A stretch of DNA of 64,000 nucleotides from Thermoplasmatales archaeon. Lineage in GTDB: Archaea > Thermoplasmatota > Thermoplasmata > Thermoplasmatales > Thermoplasmataceae. A program made the translations under genes and the position numbers. Positions 27,852 to 38,443 of the stretch are shown one piece after another. Under the pieces are notes generated by a model. That model saw only the letters and a program-made list of their open reading frames with translations, ran no database searches and was not told where the DNA came from. Every line of letters starts with the position of its first letter. Within the stretch, counting starts at the first letter, position 1. Location of the stretch: NCBI GenBank assembly GCA_027310185.1, contig DAIDBH010000017.1:160996-224995 (forward strand), read 5' to 3'.

Positions 27852-29189
27852 TCAGTCGTTTATGGGATCTTTCAGTCTGCTTGAACTCTCTTTTGATAGT
27901 AATAATCCTATGAGCAGGACAATTGTTCCAATGAAGAGGAAAATCAACCACGATTGACCGGTTGTGCCGAACAGATTTTTTGAAGAAAAGTATATGACCG
28001 CAGAAATTCCAAAGCTCGCAGGTATTGCTGCACCATTGTATATGAATCCAATGGATGTTGTCCTGTGTGACTTGCTGAAAACTTCTGATAGGAATGCAGG
28101 TATAGATGCAAATATTGCGGCCTCAATGAATGCCTGAACTGAAAAAGCTACAATGGTAAGTGTAAGGTTTCCAGAAAATACAAGGTAATAAAGCGGTATT
28201 AATGATATCAGGAATATTATGGAAAATATAGTCATGGTCAATTTTCTCCTGAATATCAGGAAGGCGAAAACTCCACCTATCCATACACCTACGAGTGATA
28301 TGAGATTTATGTAAGAATTGTAAAGATCATCGGCAGATCCGGATATCTTTGTGTACAACTCCCCAAGGAATGTAGGGTAGAAACTCAGTGTTATTGTGTT
28401 TAACAATAGCAGGCCAGCCACCAGCAAAAAAGCCGAAACAAGAATTCTTGTTTGCAATATTGTACCCTCTATGGGAACCTTTTCAATTTCGTTCCTGGAT
28501 TTCATTTCATCAAAGACAGGACTCTCGTGAGTGAATAGCCTGATGATGACGGCAACTATACCAGGAATAATGGTTGTTGCAAATATGACCCTCCATACAA
28601 GGTCGTCCGCCTGTGCCGGGCCATAATAAGACCTCACAAGAGATGCAACCAGCAAAAGGATGAAATATCCAACTCCGTAACCACTCTGTACAAAGGCTCC
28701 TACTGCTACCCTTTTTCTCTGCGGTATGGCTTCCATTGATAATGCTGTACCTCCAGAATATTCCGCACCTGCGAAGATACCAACTAAAAATAGGAGTATG
28801 TACAGTATTGCTGTTGCTGCATATCCTGCTGTCTGGTAAGTGGGTATGAAAGCTATCAGGAAGGAAAAGAATGAAAATCCTACAATGGAATATAGTAGCA
28901 TTTTCCTTCTACCGAGCTTATCTCCAAGAAAATTTCCAAGGGCGATTGATCCAACAAAACGTGCTAGAGCTCCAACTGCGAGACCGAGAAATGTGAGAAA
29001 GAGAGAATCTGAAAAATTTGAGGGAAAAAATACCCCGGATATGGTTACAGCAACAACCACGTATGCTATTGATGTATAACCATCCATAAGCCATCCAGAG
29101 AAGGCAGAAAGGATCTGAGCAACTTGAGTTCTATTAAGTTTTTCTGATTTCATTTGATTATTTTCACTTATAGCCATACAGATCTTCAC
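27852..29189 (-). CDS. MFS transporter (metabolite:H+ symporter-like)
   Basis: WLMDGY, GDKLGRRKM, GIFAGAEY, ESPVF, FLSEVF...RTTSIG. Confidence 0.88.
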   Translation of the reverse strand: MKICMAISENNQMKSEKLNRTQVAQILSAFSGWLMDGYTSIAYVVVAVTISGVFFPSNFSDSLFLTFLGLAVGALARFVGSIALGNFLGDKLGRRKMLLYSIVGFSFFSFLIAFIPTYQTAGYAATAILYILLFLVGIFAGAEYSGGTALSMEAIPQRKRVAVGAFVQSGYGVGYFILLLVASLVRSYYGPAQADDLVWRVIFATTIIPGIVAVIIRLFTHESPVFDEMKSRNEIEKVPIEGTILQTRILVSAFLLVAGLLLLNTITLSFYPTFLGELYTKISGSADDLYNSYINLISLVGVWIGGVFAFLIFRRKLTMTIFSIIFLISLIPLYYLVFSGNLTLTIVAFSVQAFIEAAIFASIPAFLSEVFSKSHRTTSIGFIYNGAAIPASFGISAVIYFSSKNLFGTTGQSWLIFLFIGTIVLLIGLLLSKESSSRLKDPIND

Positions 29190-29337
29190 CCATTCGTTTA
29201 TACTTGAATTTATTAAACTTTAATGATTTCAAAGGTTTTATTCAGATAATTCCTACAGACTTTGCACATATTTCTACTGTATTCACTTCATTGAATTCAA
29301 ACCTTTTCACTCAGCCTCTATGAGTCACTTATATATA

Positions 29338-29363
29338 TTTATATTCTTATTTTATATTCTTAT
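29338..29363 (+). repeat. 13-bp tandem duplication in an AT-rich intergenic region
   Basis: TTTATATTCTTAT twice in tandem. Confidence 0.6.
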
Positions 29364-29459
29364 TTTTGAAAACTGAGAAAGTTCTTTATTCCTCAACCAT
29401 ATAAAAGTCTTTGAATCAACTACAAAACTTTAAAATTCTCGTCATAATATAGGGATATT

Positions 29460-31208
29460 TTGAATGATAATAAAAAAAGTTTTTTGAAAAAAATAAAAGG
29501 AGTGTTTGAACCTCTACTCTTCTCAAGGGAATACCTCAAGAACAAGAAGTGGGTAATTTACCTGATAATAGGGTTTGCAGTATTATCTACTGCAACAAGG
29601 CTTCTTGTTCCTATTATAATAGGTGCAATTATTGATTCCCTGGAATCCAAGAATTTTAATGCAATCTATCTGGAAATTGAATACATTCTGCTTTTGGCTG
29701 TGCTATCCGCGGTTGCATCGTTCGTAGTTAACTTTGGGGCACAATACTCCAGCCAGATATATGCTTACAACCTGAGAAAGAAGGTTGTAAACAGCATGGT
29801 GAAGAAGAAGACAAAATTCTTTCAGGATAAAACATCGGGTGACCTGCTATCCAGAACAACAATGGATATTGATGCAAGCAGAAATTTCATCATGAATTCC
29901 CTTTCCCAATTAATTCCAACGATTTTAATAATAATATTCGCAGTAGGTTATCTCTTTTATATTAATGTTTTCTATTCGCTATTCTTTCTAGCAACGGTTC
30001 CAATTCTTATCTATATAGGCATAAAGTTTCAGAGGAAGCAAAGGCCACACTGGATGAAAATAAGGGAAACATATGGGGTCATGACTGAAAGCATTCAGGA
30101 GGACATTACAGGACAGAGGACTGTCAGATCTTACCTGCAGGAGGACCCACAGATCAACAGATTTACAGGAATAACAGATACATATTATGGAGAATATATG
30201 GAAGTGGCAAACCTGAGGGGTTTTTACAACAACCTTATGCCATTCATAATAAGTGCAGCTGCCACCGCTGTAATATTCTATGGAGGTTACACATCAATTA
30301 TAGCAAGAAGCGATGTGGGTGGGCTGGTTGCAGCTGTAAATATATTTACCATGGTAACTTTTCCAGTAAGTTTCCTGGGAAGACTGATTGCATTTTCAGA
30401 AAATGCAAGAGCCGGAATAGGCAGGATAAAGGGGGTGCTGGACAGGGATCTTGATGAGGATGTTCTAACAGGTGGTGATTTCCCGAAAGGAAACGGAATA
30501 AGCATGAGGAACGTCAGATACAAGCGTGGAGACAGGGAAATTTTAAGAAATATCGATCTGGAAATACCACCCGAATCATTTGTATGCCTTACAGGGGAAA
30601 CAGGTACCGGCAAGAGTTCCCTTGTTAATCTCATACCAAGACTTGAAGATCCATCAGAAGGGAGTATATTTATCGGTGGTGTCAACATAAAAGATATTCC
30701 GCTCTCTTCATTGAGAAAGAATATTGCCATAGTTCCCCAGGAAATAAGTCTTCTTTCAGGAACAATAAGTGAAAATATCATATTTGGCAGGAAAGAAATT
30801 ACAGAGGAGATGGCTAAAAGAGCCTCGAAGATTGCCAGGATTGATGATTTCATTGAGAGCCTTCCTGAAGGTTATTCAACTATCATTGGAGAAAGAGGGA
30901 TAACACTTTCAGGAGGCCAGAGGCAAAGAGTTGCCCTTGCGAGGGCAATAGCGTCAAACCCAAGAATACTCATACTGGATGATGCCACTTCAAGCGTTGA
31001 TCCAGAGACTGAGCTTGCAATTTTCTCAAGGATCGTGAAGAATATTGAGGGCATTACTGTAGTGCTCGTGTCTCTGAGATACTCGGCAATGAAATATGCA
31101 ACAACAGTGTATGAACTCGAGGACGGGGAGATAAGACAACTCGATAATATTGAAGAGTTGAACTACGCAATGGAAAAGGAGGGGTTCGAAAATGAAACAG
31201 ACCTATGA
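29460..31208 (+). CDS. Type IV ABC exporter, TMD-NBD half A
   Basis: GETGTGKS, LSGGQRQR, ILDDATS (degenerate Walker B), switch His missing (VSLR). Confidence 0.92.
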   Translation: MNDNKKSFLKKIKGVFEPLLFSREYLKNKKWVIYLIIGFAVLSTATRLLVPIIIGAIIDSLESKNFNAIYLEIEYILLLAVLSAVASFVVNFGAQYSSQIYAYNLRKKVVNSMVKKKTKFFQDKTSGDLLSRTTMDIDASRNFIMNSLSQLIPTILIIIFAVGYLFYINVFYSLFFLATVPILIYIGIKFQRKQRPHWMKIRETYGVMTESIQEDITGQRTVRSYLQEDPQINRFTGITDTYYGEYMEVANLRGFYNNLMPFIISAAATAVIFYGGYTSIIARSDVGGLVAAVNIFTMVTFPVSFLGRLIAFSENARAGIGRIKGVLDRDLDEDVLTGGDFPKGNGISMRNVRYKRGDREILRNIDLEIPPESFVCLTGETGTGKSSLVNLIPRLEDPSEGSIFIGGVNIKDIPLSSLRKNIAIVPQEISLLSGTISENIIFGRKEITEEMAKRASKIARIDDFIESLPEGYSTIIGERGITLSGGQRQRVALARAIASNPRILILDDATSSVDPETELAIFSRIVKNIEGITVVLVSLRYSAMKYATTVYELEDGEIRQLDNIEELNYAMEKEGFENETDL

Positions 31209-32976
31209 AGAAATCGAGGAAACTTATATAAAAACCCTGAGGGGAAGAACAGCCCTCAAGAGACTTATAAAGGACATGGCAAAAAACAGGAAGCAGATGA
31301 CTGTATTGATTGCCTCAGTCATGATCACTGCAATAGCTGCTACTTTCTCCCCCCTTGCAATTGGAGATGCTGTTAACGGAGTGGCCGACAGAAGTTTCAA
31401 GGTTATACTTGATTTCAGCCTGCTATTCATTGGACTGGCAATGATACAGTTTGCATCTAACAGATTCAGGGTTATAAGCTCAACCATACTTGCACAGGGT
31501 ACTGTAAAAAACCTTCGAGACAGATCATTCAAAAGCATACAGCACGTTCCAATTTCATTCTTCAGCAAGGTTAAGGCAGGTTTTCTGATCAGCAGAATGA
31601 CAAATGATGGGGAAACTCTGGGAGAGTTTCTTACTTTTCAGATCCCGTCAGTCGTCTCCGGAATGACCACCGTAATAATGTCCATAGCAATTATGCTGTA
31701 TCTCGATTTTAACCTGACCCTGTATGCTCTCATAGTGCTACCTTTCCTTTCATTGTTCACCATATCACTGCAGGGCAAAGTGAGGAGGAATTATCTAAGA
31801 ACAAGAAGAACAATTGCGGCAATCACCGGGAATCTTGCTGAAAATATATCATCCATAAGAAGCATAAAGGCGTTCAACGTGGAATCATATACAGAGGAAA
31901 AATTTGACGGCCTTAACAGTGATAATCTTAATGCAAATATCAAGGCATCAAGACTTTCCTCAATGTATGGTGCAATAGTAAGAGTGATCGAATATACTGG
32001 AATAGCTATTGTTGTACTGGCGGGAGCAATACAGTTAAGGGCTGGATTGATTTCAATCGGTATCCTTGTTTCATTCATATTTTACGTTCAGGAGTTTTTT
32101 GATCCTGTGATCCAGCTTTCACAGCTCTATAACTCCTATCAGTCATCTATTGTTGGGGTTGGAAGAATATACGGAATTATAGATAGTAAGAAGGAGGAAA
32201 AATCTGAAGGAGAGGTAAATGTTTCAACACTCAAGGACTCTATTGTCCTTAAAGATGTCAATTTCGCATACGACGATTCGGATGCCCTTAAAAATATTAA
32301 TCTGACAATAAAGAAAGGTGAGAATATAGGGATTGTTGGACATACTGGAGCCGGGAAGACGACACTTTCTAACCTCATAATGAAATTCTACACACCACAA
32401 ACAGGGGAAATACTTGTAGATGGGAGGAACCTTTCAGAAATTAACACAGAGTCTTACAGGAATCTCATCTCTCCAGTACTTCAGGAACCATTCCTTTTCA
32501 GGGGCACAATATATGAGAATGTTAAAATCGCGGCTCCAGACAAGTCGGAGGAGGAAATGGAAAAACTAGCATCTGATTTCAGCCTGAAAAGGATATTTGA
32601 CAAGCTCCCTGATGGCATGGAAACCAATGTCGGAGAACTTGGAAGAAGCCTATCAGAGGGACAGAAGCAGGCTATTGCAATTTTAAGGGCATTGTGCAGG
32701 AACCCTCAGATCATCATAATGGATGAACCAACATCGAATATTGATCCATATTCAGAGAAGTTCATCTTCCAGAGTCTGGAAAAATTCGCCCAGGATAGAA
32801 CACTTATCCTGATAACGCACAGGTTCTCAATGATATCCCTGGTAGATAAGATTATAGTTCTACAGGATGGTAAAATTGTTGAGTCTGGAACGTTCCCAGA
32901 GTTGAGGGAAAAGAAGGGAATATTCTCCCAGATGTATGATATTCTCTATGGAAATAGAGGAGAAAGCATAGAATGA
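31192..32976 (+). CDS. Type IV ABC exporter, TMD-NBD half B
   Basis: GHTGAGKT, LSEGQKQ, IMDEPTS, ITHR; heterodimer partner of the upstream gene. Confidence 0.92.
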   Translation: MKQTYEEIEETYIKTLRGRTALKRLIKDMAKNRKQMTVLIASVMITAIAATFSPLAIGDAVNGVADRSFKVILDFSLLFIGLAMIQFASNRFRVISSTILAQGTVKNLRDRSFKSIQHVPISFFSKVKAGFLISRMTNDGETLGEFLTFQIPSVVSGMTTVIMSIAIMLYLDFNLTLYALIVLPFLSLFTISLQGKVRRNYLRTRRTIAAITGNLAENISSIRSIKAFNVESYTEEKFDGLNSDNLNANIKASRLSSMYGAIVRVIEYTGIAIVVLAGAIQLRAGLISIGILVSFIFYVQEFFDPVIQLSQLYNSYQSSIVGVGRIYGIIDSKKEEKSEGEVNVSTLKDSIVLKDVNFAYDDSDALKNINLTIKKGENIGIVGHTGAGKTTLSNLIMKFYTPQTGEILVDGRNLSEINTESYRNLISPVLQEPFLFRGTIYENVKIAAPDKSEEEMEKLASDFSLKRIFDKLPDGMETNVGELGRSLSEGQKQAIAILRALCRNPQIIIMDEPTSNIDPYSEKFIFQSLEKFAQDRTLILITHRFSMISLVDKIIVLQDGKIVESGTFPELREKKGIFSQMYDILYGNRGESIE

Positions 32977-32995
32977 GCAAATGTGGGTAAAAAGA

Positions 32996-33922
32996 TCAAT
33001 TCTTTTTTTCCTTGAGTGCGTCTTCCATGGCAATATTGATGTCTGCAAACTTGATTTTATAACCAAGAGATTCCATTTTTTCCGATTTTATTAACTGGCT
33101 TTTGAGAACAAGATCAGAGGCCTTTCCGAAAAGAGATTTTATGATAAAACCAGGAATTGGTAGCCCAGATTTTTTCTTCAATACTTTCCCAACACTTTCA
33201 GAAAATATTCTTGAGGTACAGTTTCCGCCTACGCAGTTTATGGGACCGGAAAAGCCAGTATTTTCAATTGCAGACATTATTATGCCTATCTCATCATCCA
33301 TGTGAATCCACGGGAATATCTGGCTACCTGGTCTTACATATCCACCCAGTCCCTTCCTGAAATACGGTACCAGTGCGGCCAGCGCACCCTCATCATTTTC
33401 CAGTACAAGGGTTGTTCTTACAGTTACGACTCTCACACCGAGATCTTTGGCCTTATATGCCTCTTTTTCCCAGCTGGATACAAGGTTTGCCCAGAAATCC
33501 TTTCCTTCGGGAGAGCTCTCTGTTGCAGCTACATTTTCCGAATACCCATATATACCTGCTGCAGAACCATTGATCAGTACTTCTGGTTTCTTATCGCATT
33601 TTTCCATTGCACTTATTACGTACCTCGTTCCCTTTACCCTGCTTTCCACGACTTCCTTCTCGTAATTCCCTCTCCATTTTGAAAAAATAGGAGCTCCCGA
33701 GAGATTTACCACTGCTCTGATTCCGTTCATGAATTCAGAAAGTTCATCTGGTTTATTCATATTGTATTCAATATAACTTGTAGCATCTTGCAGGATTTCC
33801 TTCGCCCTCTTACTGTTTCGTGAAACTACATATATATCATAATCTTTCTCCTTAAGGGAATAGTAAAGCCTTTTGCCAATGGAGCCTGTTGCTCCAAGTA
33901 TCATGATTTTTTTATTTTCCAT
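32996..33922 (-). CDS. TIGR01777/YfcH-like NAD-dependent epimerase family protein
   Basis: GATGSIG, VVNLSGAPI, SRVKGT, SAAGIYG, FPWIHMDDE. Confidence 0.88.
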   Translation of the reverse strand: MENKKIMILGATGSIGKRLYYSLKEKDYDIYVVSRNSKRAKEILQDATSYIEYNMNKPDELSEFMNGIRAVVNLSGAPIFSKWRGNYEKEVVESRVKGTRYVISAMEKCDKKPEVLINGSAAGIYGYSENVAATESSPEGKDFWANLVSSWEKEAYKAKDLGVRVVTVRTTLVLENDEGALAALVPYFRKGLGGYVRPGSQIFPWIHMDDEIGIIMSAIENTGFSGPINCVGGNCTSRIFSESVGKVLKKKSGLPIPGFIIKSLFGKASDLVLKSQLIKSEKMESLGYKIKFADINIAMEDALKEKKN

Positions 33923-34074
33923 ATAGGTAAAATAGAATTCAGCTTAATAGGATTTATAAAAAAAATTATATGAACTACACGTTAAGCCAGCTTATTGAAT
34001 TTCAAATATTTCGAATGGCACTTATGATTTGCTATGAATGATAAGAGATAATTATTGGGACACTATTCTTAAAA

Positions 34075-35250
34075 ATGAATAGAGAATTACATGATGCTTA
34101 TGTAATTGAAAATTTGAGAACACCCTTCGGAAGGAGAAACGGGTACTTCAGGAATACACATCCTGTCAACCTCCTTGGATCACTGTCTCGTGAGCTGCTT
34201 GTCAGGATGAAGATAGAACCTTCAAACATAGATGATTTTATAGTTGGTAGCGTAGATCAGTTTGGAGAACAATCAGCAAACATAGCTAGAAATGCCTGGC
34301 TGTCAGCAGGTCTTCCAGAAACTGTTCCAGGAGTCACCGTGGACAGGCAATGTGGTTCAAGCCTTCAATCCATACAGTTTGGGTACAGTGGAATTGAATC
34401 TGGAATTTATGATCTTGTCCTTGCAGGTGGAGTTGAATCTATGACAAGGGTTCCAATGTTTTCAAGCATCCATAACGATTCCACGCCCATGACCAAAGAG
34501 CTCAGGCAAAGATATCCAATAGACGAGGACTGGTTCAGCCAGGCCAGAGCAGCATCAATTGTCGCTGAGAAATATGGTATAACAAGGGAAGAGATGGACA
34601 TTTTCAGTCTTGAAAGCCACAGGAAAGCCCATTCAAACATCAATGATATAAGATCGGAAATTTTCCCTGTAATGGGGGCAGACAGGGATGGAAACAATCG
34701 GGTTGTGGATAGTGATGAAGGTGTGAGAACTGATAGCACCATAGAAAAGTTATCAGGGTTGAAAAATGCATTCTATGGAGTAGATAATATTACTGCCGGA
34801 AACTCAAGTCAGATATCTGATGGTGCTTCCCTGACACTTATTGCTTCAGAACAGAAAGCCGACCAGCTAGACCTGAATAAAAGGGCAAGGCTGAGATCAT
34901 TCACCGTTGCAGGGGTGAATCCTGTAGAAATGCTAACAGGACCGATCGATGTTACAAAGAGGATGTTGAAGAAGGAAAATCTTACAATGGAGGATTTTGA
35001 TTATTTTGAGGTTAATGAGGCCTTTGCCTCGGTTGTGCTTGCCTGGATTAAATCCACAGGTGCAGACCCGGATAAAGTCAATATCAACGGCGGAGCCATA
35101 GCCATTGGCCACCCATTGGGAGCAACAGGATCGAGACTGGTTGGGACAATGCTTAATGTTCTGGAGAGAAAAAAAGCAAATCGCGGTCTTATTGCCATAT
35201 GTGAGGGTGGTGGAATGGCAAACGGTGTCATAGTGGAAAGGATAGAATGA
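34075..35250 (+). CDS. Thiolase (acetyl-CoA C-acyltransferase)
   Basis: VDRQCGSS, EVNEAFA, GGAIAIGHPLGATG, CEGGG. Confidence 0.95.
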   Translation: MNRELHDAYVIENLRTPFGRRNGYFRNTHPVNLLGSLSRELLVRMKIEPSNIDDFIVGSVDQFGEQSANIARNAWLSAGLPETVPGVTVDRQCGSSLQSIQFGYSGIESGIYDLVLAGGVESMTRVPMFSSIHNDSTPMTKELRQRYPIDEDWFSQARAASIVAEKYGITREEMDIFSLESHRKAHSNINDIRSEIFPVMGADRDGNNRVVDSDEGVRTDSTIEKLSGLKNAFYGVDNITAGNSSQISDGASLTLIASEQKADQLDLNKRARLRSFTVAGVNPVEMLTGPIDVTKRMLKKENLTMEDFDYFEVNEAFASVVLAWIKSTGADPDKVNINGGAIAIGHPLGATGSRLVGTMLNVLERKKANRGLIAICEGGGMANGVIVERIE

Positions 35251-35282
35251 GGAAATTACCAAAATTTGTTGGCTTTAGATAA

Positions 35283-36233
35283 TTAGATCTTCCTTAGCTG
35301 AATGTAATTTACCTCATGGTTTTCTCTCTTCCTGAGGATTAACTGCGCATGATATTTTGTTCTCTCTATATTCATTCTAAGGTTAAGTCCATTTATTCTC
35401 TCCCATATATCCAGACCTATCTTTATGGCAACTTCATCTGGAATGGATGCGTATTTCTTGAAATAAGAATTGGGATCCTTGAACGCTGTTTCCTTCAGTT
35501 TCAGGAATCTCTGGATGAACCATTCCTTTATGGTCTCTTCCTCAGCATCAACATATATGGAGAAATCGAAAAAATCTGAGACCATCAGATCATGAAAATT
35601 ATCATTTACCCTGTCAGAATGGGACTGGAGAACATTTAAACCTTCAAAAATTATTATGTCCGGATTCTCAATTTCAATTTCCTCTTCAGGAACAATGTCA
35701 TATTTCAAATGAGAATAGAAAGGCGCTTTTAAATGGCTTACTCCAGATTTGATCCTGTAAAGGAATTTGATCATGGATTTGAGATCATAGCTTTCTGGAA
35801 ACCCTTTTCTTTCGATTATGTTTCTTCTTTTCAACTCCTCATTTGGATAAAGGAAACCATCTGTGGTAACAATATAAACATTGAGTGAATTTTCCCATGA
35901 AGAAATAAGTTCCTTCATAATTCTTGCTGTTGTGCTCTTTCCCACTGCAACACTACCTGCAATCCCTATAATATAAGGCACCCTCTCGTTTTCCATCTCT
36001 AGGAAGGCCTTTCTTGTCCTGTTCAGACGCCTGTAATTGTCATAATATACCTTGAGCAACCTGGTCAATGGTGCATAAATCTCCTTTACCTCCTTCATGG
36101 ATATATTTTCATTTATACCTCTTATTTCCCTCAACTGTTCTTCTGTAATTGTAATTTTCTTCCTGTCTCTTAGTTTTCTCCACTTCTCCCTCTCAATGGT
36201 TACAAAGGGCGTTTCATAATCTGAGGTTTCCAT
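35283..36233 (-). CDS. coaA: Type I (bacterial-type) pantothenate kinase
   Basis: IGIAGSVAVGKSTTAR, TTDGFLYPN, KGFPESYD, YSHLKYD, IFEGLNVLQ, SDFFDFSIYVDA. Confidence 0.95.
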   Translation of the reverse strand: METSDYETPFVTIEREKWRKLRDRKKITITEEQLREIRGINENISMKEVKEIYAPLTRLLKVYYDNYRRLNRTRKAFLEMENERVPYIIGIAGSVAVGKSTTARIMKELISSWENSLNVYIVTTDGFLYPNEELKRRNIIERKGFPESYDLKSMIKFLYRIKSGVSHLKAPFYSHLKYDIVPEEEIEIENPDIIIFEGLNVLQSHSDRVNDNFHDLMVSDFFDFSIYVDAEEETIKEWFIQRFLKLKETAFKDPNSYFKKYASIPDEVAIKIGLDIWERINGLNLRMNIERTKYHAQLILRKRENHEVNYIQLRKI

Positions 36234-36361
36234 ATTTACACCAGATGTGAGATTGCTTGAAGAATTTAAACAATATCATAACAAAATAAACAATCTTACC
36301 ATATTTGAATATGAATCAACTATAACTGAGCCTCCCAGTATTCTATGTAATACTACTTTTT

Positions 36362-37414
36362 ATGGTTATACAAAACCAAATAGGTTATATAACACTGTTT
36401 TTTAATAGATTGATGGATTTGCGATTCTACATTCTGAGGAGGATAGTGATTATTATCCCTACGCTGTTCCTCCTGTCTCTCATTACTTTCATATTCGCAA
36501 GACCATTTCTGCCTGTTTATGGTAGTTTTACAAATGAATATATCTCATTCCTTTCCATGATATTTCATGGAAATTTTGGAACAATAAGCACTTCTATTTT
36601 CACCGGTCCTCTCATAATAGGTTTCGAACTTTATTTTCCAGTTACAGTTGAAATAGTAATCCTGACTGTGATACTGACACTTTTAATAGGAGTTCCTCTG
36701 GGTACATATATAGGGAACCAGGGCAGCAAAGCAGCGGATTATATGGCAAGGATAGCATCCCTCATATTTTATTCCATGCCACTTTTCTGGATTGCAATAA
36801 TTCTGGAATTCACTTTTGGCAGTGGAATAGGGGTTTTTGCAGGACTTTTTGGACATAATTCCGGACTGCCAGTCTATGGTCAGGGGTATTCATCTGGCGT
36901 GAATCCCCCATGGATTTCAGGCCAGGTGTCTTATCCCACCCACATGCTACTTTTTGACTCCATTCTCCACGGTGATTTTACTCTTGCATATATCTCATTT
37001 CTGCATCTTGTACTTCCTGTTATTGCACTCACCCTGAGCATCCTAGCCATTATCATCAGGTACATAAGGGCGGGTGTTATGGATTATTCCAGCTATAGGT
37101 ACTCCAGAAATGCGCTTGCCAGAGGATTAAGTCAGAAGAATGTTGTTATCAATTATTCAAGAAGGAACGGGTTCTTCCCGTCAGCTACAATGATTGGCCT
37201 TATAATTGCATATCTGTTAACTGGAAGCCTGCTTGTAGAGTATTTCTTCAGAATTCATGGACTTGGATTCCTTATTGTTGAGATAATAGGTGATATCCAG
37301 GCAAATGGCCTTGCCATGGCTTCACTTGTTCTTATTTTTGGCATTATTTTCATGATAGCAAATCTTGTGGTCGATCTTGTTTATGTGATACTCAATCCAG
37401 AGGTGAACTTTTGA
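36362..37414 (+). CDS. Peptide/nickel ABC permease (OppB/DppB-like)
   Basis: LRRIVIIIPTLF, YSMPLFW, ALARGLS, GSLLVEYFF; likely start ATG at 36413. Confidence 0.88.
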   Translation: MVIQNQIGYITLFFNRLMDLRFYILRRIVIIIPTLFLLSLITFIFARPFLPVYGSFTNEYISFLSMIFHGNFGTISTSIFTGPLIIGFELYFPVTVEIVILTVILTLLIGVPLGTYIGNQGSKAADYMARIASLIFYSMPLFWIAIILEFTFGSGIGVFAGLFGHNSGLPVYGQGYSSGVNPPWISGQVSYPTHMLLFDSILHGDFTLAYISFLHLVLPVIALTLSILAIIIRYIRAGVMDYSSYRYSRNALARGLSQKNVVINYSRRNGFFPSATMIGLIIAYLLTGSLLVEYFFRIHGLGFLIVEIIGDIQANGLAMASLVLIFGIIFMIANLVVDLVYVILNPEVNF

Positions 37415-37423
37415 GGTGCATTC

Positions 37424-38443
37424 ATGGTTAAATCAATTTCACTGTTTAAAAATGAAAAAAAGAGCATGAGTGACTTCGGATTCAAGCTCAGTTTCAGGAT
37501 GCTGCTCAAGAAGAAGGCATTTCTTGTGGGATTCATTATTCTTATGGTTTATTCCATAATAGCATTACTGGATGTGGCAGTTCCCCAATATCTTGGAGCA
37601 GGATACGGCTTAGTTTCCCAGCTAACAAGGTTTTCTTCAGTGACAGGATCAGGTCCTTTACCGCCAACTCTGAAACCATCTTCACTGTATGGGAATGGCC
37701 CAGCATGGTGGTATTATTTTGGCACAACTTATGCCGGCATTCCAGTTCTTCCTGCAATTCTTTCATCCCTGTATATAGATCTTGGATATACTGCACTGGT
37801 AATTCTAGTTTCTTCGCTTTCTGGATTGCTTATTGGAACAGTATCTGGATATTTTGGCGGTGCAACTGACGAGGCCCTTATGAGGATAATGGACACATTT
37901 ATCAGCATTCCTTTCTACGTTACCGCAATCGGCCTGGCAATTGTTTTTTCCATTTCACTGGAAGCAAGTGGAACATCATTTGATGGCCTTGATGTTGTGT
38001 CCGCTGCACTCATAATATCACTTTTCCCGATTTATGCCAGAATAAGCAGGTCAGCAACAATAAACGTAAAGAAGATGAGATACCTGGATGCGGCAAAAAC
38101 CAGTGGCATGACCCATATTAGGAATATGTTCAGCCATGTTCTCCCTGACGCCCTTTCTCCAGTGATTGTCCAGGCAACTCTTAATTTTGGAACTGTTATA
38201 CTTTTCCTTTCACTGATTGAATATCTCAACATTCAGAATGTATTTGGCATATCGGTGTTCCTCCCCGATCTGGGTAACCTAATAGCCCAGGGAAGCCTGC
38301 TTATTAGTTTAGTCCCTGGAGGTTTCTCCAACTGGTGGACAACAGTTATCCCAGTGTTCTTCCTGCTTCTCGTTGTCGTTGGGGTTAACATAATGGGAGA
38401 CGGCCTGAGAGATACACTAGATCCTGAAAGGAGGTGGAAATGA
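37424..38443 (+). CDS. Peptide/nickel ABC permease (OppC/DppC-like)
   Basis: GYFGGATDEALMRIMD, YLDAAKTSG, HVLPDALSP, GDGLRDTLDP. Confidence 0.9.
   Translation: MVKSISLFKNEKKSMSDFGFKLSFRMLLKKKAFLVGFIILMVYSIIALLDVAVPQYLGAGYGLVSQLTRFSSVTGSGPLPPTLKPSSLYGNGPAWWYYFGTTYAGIPVLPAILSSLYIDLGYTALVILVSSLSGLLIGTVSGYFGGATDEALMRIMDTFISIPFYVTAIGLAIVFSISLEASGTSFDGLDVVSAALIISLFPIYARISRSATINVKKMRYLDAAKTSGMTHIRNMFSHVLPDALSPVIVQATLNFGTVILFLSLIEYLNIQNVFGISVFLPDLGNLIAQGSLLISLVPGGFSNWWTTVIPVFFLLLVVVGVNIMGDGLRDTLDPERRWK

Noticed and set aside
29338-29363. 13-bp tandem repeat as a CRISPR or iteron seed
   Set aside because: Only two adjacent low-complexity copies, with no spacers and no cas or rep genes; no CRISPR array was seen anywhere in the window.
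29460-32976. Degenerate Walker B, switch and signature motifs in the ABC exporter pair
   Set aside because: One degenerate and one consensus site is the normal layout of heterodimeric exporters (TM287/288 type).
35283-36233. Bacterial-type pantothenate kinase in an archaeon as a novelty
   Set aside because: A bacterial-type PanK is already described in Thermoplasmatales (Picrophilus torridus), so it is expected here.
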